A stretch of DNA of 61,828 nucleotides, counting the filler, from Choristocarpus tenellus KU-1152 (lineage: Eukaryota > Protista > Phaeophyceae), in the NCBI GenBank assembly GCA_964200185.2. It is 9 parts of 9 records of this genome, joined end to end, with 100 filler letters (N's around TTAATTAATTAA, not from the genome) between each part and the next. Parts side by side here need not be neighbours in the genome. Positions count along the whole stretch, not along the records: positions 24,783 to 29,124 come from CAXNAD020015022.1; positions 29,225 to 32,339 come from CAXNAD020022224.1; positions 32,440 to 35,859 come from CAXNAD020020159.1; 6 more parts are not named here. One strand, 5' to 3'. Numbering within the stretch: the first letter of the stretch is position 1; every line of letters begins with the position of its first letter. The notes below the pieces were generated by a model. The model saw nothing but the letters and a program-made list of their open reading frames with translations, ran no database searches and was not told where the DNA came from. Of the stretch, positions 25,470-35,959 are shown piece by piece. A program made the position numbers and the translations under genes.

Positions 25470-27413
25470 ACCCTATGCATGTCAACAACATCTACAGATA
25501 CCTGTGGATAGGTTATGAAAAGAAGACTGGCAAGAGTTGGCATACCACATACTCCTTCTGTTCAGCATTGCTTTCAAAATTGACATTTTCCAGACAGAAG
25601 TGCAGAGGTGTTAGTCAAACCGTTTCATACATTTGTCAAACTAATTTAAAAAAAAATCACAGCCTTATGGGAATGCAACGTGTAGGATCAACCCAACACA
25701 TGCAATCATAACCAAAACCAGATGACAAAATCCCACCAAAACTAGAGATGTGTCCTGCTGTGTGGTGTCTGCTAAAAAGTAATGATAGCAAATACCTAGT
25801 ACAGTAGAACCTCTTTCTTCTATCTATCACAATCTCTGCTGGACAAAGACAGTTTCTCATCTCGGCGTTTATCTACACCTGAAAAGAACTAGTCAAATAT
25901 TAACTCAACTTCTCTGGTGCTAGAGCACTGATCACACTCATTAATATTTGGGGATTGCCACCCAGAGCAGCGAACTTGTTACAGATACTCTGTTTCCTCC
26001 TTTTGCTCTCAATTGATTGAACACCTGTTCACACGTACAGCGTTTGGATTGGAAAATCAGTTAACAGCTACATAACTCAATGAGATACACCGTCCATCAG
26101 GCAGAAACCGTTTTTGTTGCTGGAAGAGAGTCAATCAGAAGAGAAGGTCATCAGATACAAGCTACAAAACAAATGAGCACCATTTAGTTTCATCAAAATT
26201 TAGGCATGACACAAAACACCACTGCCACACTTTCAATACACGGTGCAACAGAACATTACCCGTCTGAACACACACTTCCATCAAGAACACAACAAATCAC
26301 TCTTCTGAAACAACAGAGTAGCATATGAGCCCTGCTCATCTTCTTGGTTTTACACAGTCAGTCGAGCACCCAGGAATTCACCTATACCAAAAATGAGGAG
26401 AATGACTCCGTATCAAATTCACTACGTCTGGTAAAAGGGAATTTCTGTATCACACAACACACCTGGTCTTGGGATAGCATTGCTTGCAGCCATTTGAGAA
26501 CAGTCACGAACACTGAATGATTGCCACGAACGGACGCAAGCATTATGGTGGACAAACCGTGATAACACTTCCCGTTCTTTTCTAGGCCGTAACGTTTCCC
26601 CTCCTGCTCTTCGTTCGCCTCCTCTCGGTTCATTACATTCAAGAACGACCACAACATATCTGCATTGCCAGCATTTATTGCATCCTCCACTGTTCTCTGC
26701 TCTTCCCTTCTCACTTCCTGACGTGATAATCCGTGACCTTCTTGTTCGCTGGATCACAAAAATGGTGTTGACCGCCAAATCGAATAAAGACGAGGGCATC
26801 AAGTACATATAAATGTAACAGTCGGCTTTGTTTCATAAATAAACTAAAATGTATAGTGCTGATGATGTGTGATGGAGACCAAGCAGCCCAGTCAAATATA
26901 ACCAAGTTTTGTGTCTGGCATCATACATCATAATTTCTCGCTTTCTCCATGTTGATCACATTTCGAACGCCAAAAGCCATGCTATGATCGCCGATCTCAG
27001 CAAAAAACAACCACAACGTTCCACAGGGAGACTGGGAACTGACAGGCCCAGAACGTCTCCACCTTTTTGGTGCTACATTGTCGGATAGTATAATATCTCC
27101 ACTAGAGTACTCTTGAGGTTTAGAGGTAGCCCCCCAATATTTGAATCAGTGCGCTATATCTCTAAAATAAGCGCAGTAACCCATAAACCACATTTGTTCG
27201 TCGTAAACCACTCAAGTACGATAGATAAAGTAGTAGATTTTTATTAATTCACTGTATATCACAAAACGATAAACGAGATTACCTCGTTCCACCCTTATTC
27301 ACGCCTGACCATTCAACCAATTTAACCCCGGAAGCACCATGTCCAATACTCGGGGAATCGTCCCCATGTCCTTCATTGAGAGAAATAGAATCTTCATCCT
27401 CTTTAGTCGACAT
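25470..27413 (-). pseudogene. Ankyrin-repeat protein pseudogene
   Basis: Exon 1 27413-27283 (MSTKEDEDS..., donor AG|GTAAT, phase 2) joins exon 2 26748-26463 (...HGLSTIMLASVRGNHSVFVTVLKWL..., ankyrin-like). The exon from 26024 (VFNQLRAKGGNRVSVT/FAALGGNPQILMSVISAL) needs a 1-nt frameshift at ~25975. At 25625-25600 a canonical NGLT-PLH motif is split by 4 extra nt and preceded by an in-frame TGA. Confidence 0.65.
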
Positions 27414-27793
27414 CCCCTCCTTTATTGAGGAGGGTACCTAACGAATTCTACACGAACGATTTTTCATTTTTCTATTGAGTAGATTCACCTATATAAGAGA
27501 GGTCGAAAGAAGAAAAAATGGGATATAAGAGAGGGTAAATTCCCATCTCACGACTTTTCACACTATTAGAGAGATTTGGGCCTTTTCGTGCCAATTCTCT
27601 CTTATACTGAGCAAACTCACATTTTTTTGTGGTTTGTGAAGAAGCGATGCCTAAAGTTCAGCAAAATATCACAAAATAAAGACACAAAACTGCTCGAGAT
27701 CAGCAGTACACATCGTAGCAGTCTTTTGTCTCTCAGAGTTGTACCATACAATACAAACAGTATACCACATCAAGTTTTGACGACTGCACTGTA

Positions 27794-29069
27794 CAGATAT
27801 AACAATGCCCTGCGCAGCGGGATCCAGCTGGTCCTCCACACCATACAGGCTATAAGTGTCGCATTTGTAGCAGCTATCTTCATGGCATTTGCGGCGTCGT
27901 GGATCCTTTTGGCGTCAGCGAAATGAAAGTAATGTGCAAATTGTGCGTGAGCCCCACCAAGCACAAGGCTTCGAGTCCTCTAGCCGGTGACAACAAGGCG
28001 TTGAAGCGCCAAGATAACAAGAACAAGGGCAAGGGGAGGGTGCTGTCAAGTAAACCTACGGAGAAAGTCACGTCCTCCAAGCCTCGCGGTGTCAACAATC
28101 GTAAACGCTTGAGCTTTGAAGGGAAGGTGGAAGCGTTGACACTCCTGAAGACCATGACGGGAACTGCAGTTGCTAGAAATAAATTGAATCAGTGATAGCA
28201 CTCTGTACAAGTTGAAGAAGGGGGCAACAACCATCATTGAGAAATAGCCGACGCTGAAGTCTGACACCAAGTCTACGAGGGGTGCCAAACATGCTGAGGT
28301 GCGTCAGTGCGTTGATTGAAAGTCTTCTGAAAGTAGGTTGATTGTGATCGTGATTGAATTGTTTTTCTGCACTGTCTGCTGATGAGGATCATGATTGAAG
28401 TTTTTGAAATTTTGAATGCGTTTCTGCCGTACTGTAATGTCTGTACTGTATACTGTAGTATCTCGGGTGGCCATGTTGCTCGTAGAGGTCAGGGTTGAGG
28501 TACGTCCCACAAGGTGTCCCAATTAATTAATGAGGATCTCCCCGATGCTCTTGATACTCTGCACCTCAAACCGGGTGGAAAACCGTCTCAGGCTTCCATC
28601 GACGCGGCAAGAGCGTGGATCGGTGTGGAAGATAACGATAAAGTGGCCAATGCGATACTAGAGGGCATGAACGACCAGCTGCTTGAGGAATCCTTGCACC
28701 AGTCGGATAATGAAAGCTCGAGTGACGAGGATGACGATGGGTTTATGGGAGGGGGCAGCGCATTGGGGGCCGTGATGAAAGGAGCAGCCTCTTCAAGCGT
28801 TCTTGATTCCTCCATCGCCGTGTACTCTCAAGTAGCTGACGAGTTTGCAAAATTAGAAACAACCGCTGAAGAGTGTAGCATGAACTATGCTTCTTCGTAA
28901 CATCTCCAGAAAGCAAAGCTGGCTTGGGCCAGTGCAATCGGGGCAACGGCAATCAAATAAGCAGATATTCGCGATTTTTTTTAGCGGATAAGTTATTTTA
29001 CTCAGTGCCCGTGAGGGGGGTGCATGGCGGTGCAGCTATATTTGATCCACGGTGGCGTTTTTGATACTG
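27794..29069 (+). mobile_element. Internally deleted, decayed pogo/Tigger-like (Tc1/mariner superfamily) DNA transposon
   Basis: CENP-B/psq-type HTH start RKRLSFEGKVEALTLLKTMTGTAVAR/ISDSTLYKLKK...KSTRGAKHAEV (~28100-28300, frameshift and stop). Pogo-type acidic C-terminus ...YSQVADEFAKLETTAEECSMNYASS*HLQKAKLAWASAIGATAIK*ADIRDFF* (28514-28984). DDE core absent. Candidate degenerate TIRs begin TA|CAG at 27792 and end CTG|TA at 29071. Confidence 0.7.
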
Positions 29070-29258
29070 TACTGTACAATATCCTTTTGGAGTGCTATTG
29101 AATACGTAGGGCAGGACATCGAAGNNNNNNNNNNNNNNNNNNNNNNNNNNNNNNNNNNNNNNNNNNNNTTAATTAATTAANNNNNNNNNNNNNNNNNNNN
29201 NNNNNNNNNNNNNNNNNNNNNNNNTCCACACTCTCCCACCACACCACGCTCTCCCGCT

Positions 29259-29259
<1 letters not shown>

Positions 29260-29313
<54 letters not shown>
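29260..29313. repeat. (CA)n microsatellite
   Basis: Pure CA run seen directly. Confidence 0.97.
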
Positions 29314-29316
<3 letters not shown>

Positions 29317-32300
29317 TATTTGTTTTCCTTTTTTGTTCACATTGTGACTTGACACTCTCCAAGGTGAGTCGCCTTAGCAGGCATGCAAATAAATATATAT
29401 ATATATATTTATATACATATTTTTGCGGTAACGTAAGGTTTCTTCTTGGTCACGGTTGATATTGCTCTACTACTACTGCGAATGACTTTCGTGGAGTGTT
29501 CTGTTCTAGTCTTCCGGTATAATATGGTAATATCATTTGCTCCCTGTGGTTGGGAGGGAGGGAGTCTTGGGCTGCTTCACCCACGTGCACCAAGCGAGGG
29601 CTTAAGGTGGATGGTGTTGTTCGGGAGAAGCAGGCGAAGGAGAGGAAAAGGAACGTGTCGATTGTTCCAAAAAATAGGAAATCTCAGCTAGAGTGCAGCA
29701 ATAGTAGCAGTTGACATGGATGAGGAGATTGAAGTGTTGCATGCATTGTTTCTACACAGGAGTAGCATAAGTGAATGTGTTCCGATTCGGACCGGAACTG
29801 GGACCGTGGTGAGTTGAAGTTAAGGGAGAGCCCCCCCCCCAGAGTTGTTGCATTTTACCCATGCCAACAAATGTGCGCGAAATGTCTTTTTTCTGTGTTT
29901 TGTTTTAAATACGTGCAGTGCGTGTAGAATATTTTCTGTATTTGTGTTGAAGAGTCTGGAACAGTAGAGAGATCGATGCTCTCGTGTGTCGAAGTTAATA
30001 GCCACCTTTTATCCATTGAAATATGGGTGAATTGCAAAAGATTGAAAAACTGGCTTGCAATGCAAAACAGTCGAAACCTGGGTACCTCTCCCTTACTTTG
30101 ACTCTCAGTGGTGGTAACACCTGACCCGTTGACCTTGCTAGTTGATCCACCCGTTGAAGCAAGCCCACCAGCAGTCCTCAGTTTGATTTTCCTTATCTTG
30201 TCTGGCATTGTTAGAGTTGACCTCATGTGCAGCAAAAAATGTGACGATTGTATGTTTGGAGGGCTGATGGATTTGTTGGTGTGAAGGCCCTGCCCGGCCC
30301 AGACAGAGCTTCTCTGAGTCTTCAAGGCTATCATCAGGAACTGCTTCTGTTTCAACTACTCCTTGGAGAGGACCACAACCCCTTTTTTTTTGTGGAATCG
30401 TACTTCCTGAGGCGTAAAAGACGCGATTACCATGTTTTCTGAGTCCAAGACCCCTTAGGAAGAGACCGTTTGATTGCTTAGCTGAGTATACCAAGCAGCA
30501 GGGATACACGGTGCACCATGCTGAACCTTTCAAATCTCTAAGCAGATCAATTGCATGGGAAACATTTTGGTGACATACGCACTCAACACACAGTTCCCTC
30601 TGGACCATAGATTTTCAGTATTAGTGGACGTTTTATGCTTTTCCTTGAGATTTGTGCTTGGGAAAGCTCTTTTCTTTGATCTTGAGTAATAAGTCCCTTG
30701 CAGAGTCCGTCCTGCATGCCTTCCTAGCCAAGCATTAAAAATGGGCCTTAATTTAACATTGAATCGGCCCTTTATCCAGCTACAGCCTCACCCTGATACA
30801 GATGGTTGAAATGACCCAGGCCAGCCATGTTTACATAAACATTTTCAGTCTTGGTCTTATTATCCCTCCCCCGACACATCTGAAAAATGGAAGTGGGCGC
30901 AACAATGTATACCCAGTATTTAGACACGTTTTACCTGGGCTGGTTCCACCAAAAAATAACTCTACACCAGGCTTGGCCTTCAAACTATCCAAATTTTAAG
31001 ATTATATTGAATGGTGGTAGCATATGTAAGCCTCTATGCACCTAACCAGCTACCTTCCACGTATAGAATAAATACTCAATATAATAATTGCTTGTGGTCA
31101 CTACCCAAACATGCCTGCTGATTGATTTTGTACACAGCTCGTCTTGCGTCTAACGTGTATCTCCTCCAAAGTTTGATGATAACATGATCATTCACGCTTC
31201 ACACGCAAACCACCTGGCTGTATCAAAATACTTTCACTACGTTTTGGCTGGGCTGCCCCACAGCCCGGACCCAATAAACCTGTTAAGGTCCTTGCCTGAT
31301 CATGTGGTTCAACATATCATTCCCAGTCTTGTCAGGCGACTGGTTTCATTCAAAGGTGTAGGATTAGTGACCAACCCCTGTTACAATATAGTGTCATAAT
31401 GGTAGATACTGCTAGATGGAGATCAGTGGATGTATGTAACTACTAGCACACACACACACACACCTCTTGTGCTTCTGCCCGTATTCAAACCATTTTCCTA
31501 CGCATTACTGAGAGGATGGATCGTTGGCCCATAAGGTCAGATTTGCTTCATTTTGTGGTATCAAACGGGGCCTTTGGTACTTGGTATAGTCTAGGACTAC
31601 CTATTAGCTACTGTGAGGATCCAAATATCACACAAACCTCACAGGTAAGACACACACGCCTTGCTCAGTCATTTGCCTCTGTACAGGTAGGCACAGCCCA
31701 CCCCTGCTACCCACACACAACCCCCCCTACCCCTCTCGTCCTGGTGTGGATAGAGCATCGTGGCTGAACATTGCCTTGTGAACCTCTCTTCTCCCTTAGC
31801 CCCCAAGTTCACCTCACCCAACCCCACACTGTGAGTTTCCTCCATCCAGTACTACAGTTACACATGTTGGTCTAGCTTAGTCGGTATCTTCTGCACGGGC
31901 AGGTATATACCCCACTCAATACCGACTCCCCTTACTATCCAGGCACGGCTCCCCTCTGACTCATTCCCCTTGATCCTGCTGGACCTATGAAATGAGAAAA
32001 ACTTGGGAAGAAAAAGTTGAGGTGACTGCGAGATGGTGGAACTGTTCTTCGTCTTTCCCCCCAAAGCACAGCCCACCGTGTCCCCCCCTCTGGTCTTCTC
32101 ATATCATGCTGCTGGAACACCAGCTGACGGGTCTTCTCCTCTTTTTCCCACACACACAGCCCCCTCTGGTTTACCCAGGCACATCCCGTTACCATTTCTT
32201 TCCTCCTGGAGCTGCTGGACCACAGTCTCTAATACCTGGCAGAGTTTACACTTATATTCGCCCGCCACAGAGTCCACCAGTTCCCCACACTCGCCTCTGT

Positions 32301-33489
32301 ACGTGTGAGGGGCCTGCAGTACCCCATCCTGGTCACAACNNNNNNNNNNNNNNNNNNNNNNNNNNNNNNNNNNNNNNNNNNNNTTAATTAATTAANNNNN
32401 NNNNNNNNNNNNNNNNNNNNNNNNNNNNNNNNNNNNNNNATCTTCCCTTCCCTTACATTTCCTTCCAATACCTTCCCTTGCCCCCATCCCCCCCCCTCCC
32501 CTACTCTCCAATCGAAGTTCAGGAACACTCCTATCTACTACCCACCCGCCCTACCTCCTCTGGTCAATACCAGGTGTGCCTCCAACCTGGCCGTATCTAG
32601 CAATCAGTTGCTTCTAGATCAATCGGAAGATCCTACACAAAAACATATGTTACACACCTTGTGAAACCCTTCTCCCCCTAAAAAACAAATAACTTTCAAG
32701 TCTGACACATGTCCATTTGCTCTCTCCAATATTGATTAAAAAAAACTTACATGCATATTTTCACTTTGGTGGTAATATTACATTACAGACATAAGCGTGC
32801 CAAAGGCATGACAGCCTCAACAGATTGGAAATGAAAAGGGCAGAATGTACGTTTCTTGTATGTCCTTTCACATCTACATATATAGATGTATAGGTATATA
32901 TCCATGCAATCGACCACTTGCAAAATGAGAGGCATTTGAGAAGAACCAGGTTAGTTTTCATCACACTCCAATTGGAGAAATACACAATCGAAATGGAAAA
33001 AAGAACAGCATGAAATCTTAGCAGAGGTGCTCTTGGAGCATTCTTCAAGAGTAGTTGCATCCTTCAGGTTGTACCAACAAGGCGGCAAATGAAAAAATAG
33101 CCATAGCCAATGTGGAGCAAGTACTATATATTATCTCGGTAGAGGGTGCATGCCTATGCATACTATCCATATGTAATTGAATAACGGTACACAAGAGCGC
33201 GCACACTCACATGCAAGTAGTGTATACAAACGCAGGAAAGAAACAAGAAAAGAAGAAAAAAATATCATGTGCAAAGAACCTGCATGAACATGAAAAACCG
33301 AGAAAAGTTGCGCGTCTGGGAGGGATTTGACAGCACAGCGCAGGGTGCAAGAGTTTGACCCGGCCCCGGCAAACACCAATCGTGAAGAGCACACATAGGG
33401 CACACGAAACGACTTCTCCATAGCGAGCTTGCTCGTGCAAAGGTTTGCTGTGGTAGGATTTAAAGTCAAACGATGGTGGCATATTTACT

Positions 33490-34275
33490 ACTGTGCATGC
33501 GTAGGTGGAAATCGTCCTCTTGAGGGTCTAACTCTGCCAGGAAGCCTCCGTAACGTCTACTACGTCTGCGCTGCATGGAGTACAAAGAGCTGAGGGACCC
33601 CGGAAAACGTCGTAAAGAAGCAACAACTGACCCTTCGTCATCCTGCATCGCACATTAGGACGGCGAAATATAAGAGCATGGAGGCGAGGTACTGATTCTA
33701 CAAGGCCTGAAAACTTTCAAAACTACCAGGCCATAATCAATTGGGGTCCCAAATAAATGTTTTTCTACTCTCTTCTTACGCAATTCGAAGCTATATCGGC
33801 AGAGGCCACAAAAGTAGAACAGACTCTTCACACAAAACATATCCCATCAAGCAGTAAAAAGTAGCAAACAAGTGTTATAGTGAGAGAAGTCTGTATGGCA
33901 AGGATAAAACCACTGCACTGCGGATAGCACACATAGAGCATCCGAAGACAGGTCTGTAACACAACCAACTAGGGTGGAACCTACATCACGGTCCCAAAGA
34001 TGGTCCCGTTTCTTCGAACTGACTCTATCAGGTAACAGGAAACAATTCGCTAAAGAACTGACGGAGGATGAACAACGATTTAGGGATTGCGTGTGCCTCC
34101 GATAAATCTAGCGATATGGATGTAAGACACCAACGGACACCCCCAACTCAATAGCATTTCCTAATAAGATTGACTGCTTCTGCGCACACCACACTCACCC
34201 TCTCTTCCCGAGAGAATCACTTCCCACAGCGTTTTTTGCTGGTCCATCATCTGCCGCTCCAGCCGAGTCTGTCAT
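33490..34275 (-). CDS. 5' exons of a hypothetical protein gene (3' part unresolved)
   Basis: ATG 34275 MTDSAGAADDGPAKNAVGSDSLGKRG with donor GG|GTGAGT. Downstream exon candidates FELRKKRVEKHLFGTPIDYGL (~33790-33727) and DDEGSVVASLRRFPGSLSSLYSMQRRRSRRYGGFLAELDPQEDDFHLRMH (~33642-33492) have AG acceptors and compatible phases. No domain recognised. Confidence 0.45.
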
Positions 34276-35204
34276 CACTAGCAGCTCACTTCCAGCTGTT
34301 TCAAAAGTACCGCTTCAATAGTACGAACCTGAACTTGTTCTACAATATGATCAATCGCGTCTTTTCACTTTGTGGTCTTACTGGTCTTAATCTCTTCCTA
34401 TCTCCCCTCGTGGTCCCTCAGCCCAATCCGCTGAAGTAAAGCAGTTGGGTCTGCGTGTACGGGGTGAGTTCTTGTGGATTGCCTGGACAATTGTGTTACT
34501 TCTTTGAGTTGGACTTAATTGCAATAGATAGATGTAGGAGTAGTAGAAAGAAAAATGAGTAGAAGGTACAACATAAATCTCGCGCAGAAGTGATGTCAGC
34601 GCGCCATAATGATGGAGGCGCTGTTCAATGTATGTACGAATTAATAATGACGTAGTATGAATCGTATGTCAAGACAGGTCCCTTTTTTCGAATCTCCCAA
34701 CACTGACGAGAACAACGCCGCAGTCGTATATACATAAGCGCGCATCACCTTTTGCCAACCCAGGTGATGTGGTGTGGGTCAGACACACGACCAGGTCACG
34801 GTAGCCCTAACATGAACGATGGGTTCAAACAAGCAAAGCCCGATATTGTGTTTTCTGTTCTAACTGGTTGCAACCTATTATAGTGGAGATTGATAACATT
34901 GCACTCTGAGGCTGTCAACATACGCCCAGCATGCCTCAGTATCATCTCTCACTTCCTTTCTGAACCTCATCTCTCATGGTTCTCATCACCCCCATCACAC
35001 AGAACCACGCCCCATAACATACTATCACTTTCATATACATGCATATACCCCCTCTGTCCCATAGGTCTGGGCCGTTAAGTTGTAGCTCTTCGGGATGACC
35101 TCCAATTACAAAACAAACTTTTTCTTTGGATTCCTTGGAATACTTTACATTAACAAATAAATTTGAAAGAATTCTACAAAGAATTCTGTTCTGAAAGAGT
35201 TAAA

Positions 35205-35380
35205 GTATCTAGGCGGTGGGTGGTGGTTGTCCATTTGGGGTTAATTTTCTCATGTCGCGATTTTTGGGTGAATTGGTTGCATACGTCAGATTGATAATGT
35301 AAGTGCACTTTTCCTGGTTTTGGTCCAGATGGACACCCTGGTGTAGCCCCCCCCCCCCCTCGGACACTTTGAGTCAAATG
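35205..35380 (+). repeat. Dispersed repeat family B (copy 1; others at ~50515-50692 and a tail at ~20-63)
   Basis: Shares GTCCATT.GG...CATGTC..GAT.TTTGGGTG...GGTTGCAT.CGT..GAT.GATAATGTAA.TG.ACTTTT.CTGGTT...ATG.ACACCCTGGTG-polyC-GA(C/T)ACT..GAG.CAAATG with the 50.5-kb copy on a different contig. Confidence 0.8.
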
Positions 35381-35959
35381 ACTCTGAAAGAATGGAACAC
35401 AGAATGGGGCATACCCTTCTCATTTATTAATGTTGCTGTAACCTGGAGACACATAACACTCTCACAACATCCATGGCGAGTTTCTTAGCCTGCTGTACAT
35501 GGCACGAAGCCTATCGTCTTGGGGGAAAGACTATAAGCTGACCAAGGAAGTTCAGATCACTCTTGCTCTGCGTTATGCAATGGTTCTTCCTCTGGTCACG
35601 GGAGGCTCCCGAGGGGTGTGGGGTCTAAATTGGCGAAAGAGTTTGGAATGGGAGAGAGATATCCTAAACGGGTGTATGCGGACGTAAAAGATCAGTTAGA
35701 CAGGGGAGATACTGTCTCCCTACAATCACAAGCATGATCTAGATGGCCATTGGACTTTACACCAACGAATCAAGCAAAGATCTGGAAAATCAATGCCAGT
35801 AATCACATGCTGAGTGAAAGTATCATAGAGGATACGAGTTTTGCCCTGTTTGTCCGTTTNNNNNNNNNNNNNNNNNNNNNNNNNNNNNNNNNNNNNNNNN
35901 NNNTTAATTAATTAANNNNNNNNNNNNNNNNNNNNNNNNNNNNNNNNNNNNNNNNNNNN

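Noticed and set aside
31150-31400. Possible second LINE 3' relic on the minus strand
   Set aside because: Only vague resemblance to RTE C-terminal motifs, too decayed to support.
31750-32339. C-rich region with several overlapping ORFs (possible LTR/DIRS element)
   Set aside because: No gag, RT, integrase or recombinase motif recognised, and it is truncated by the spacer.
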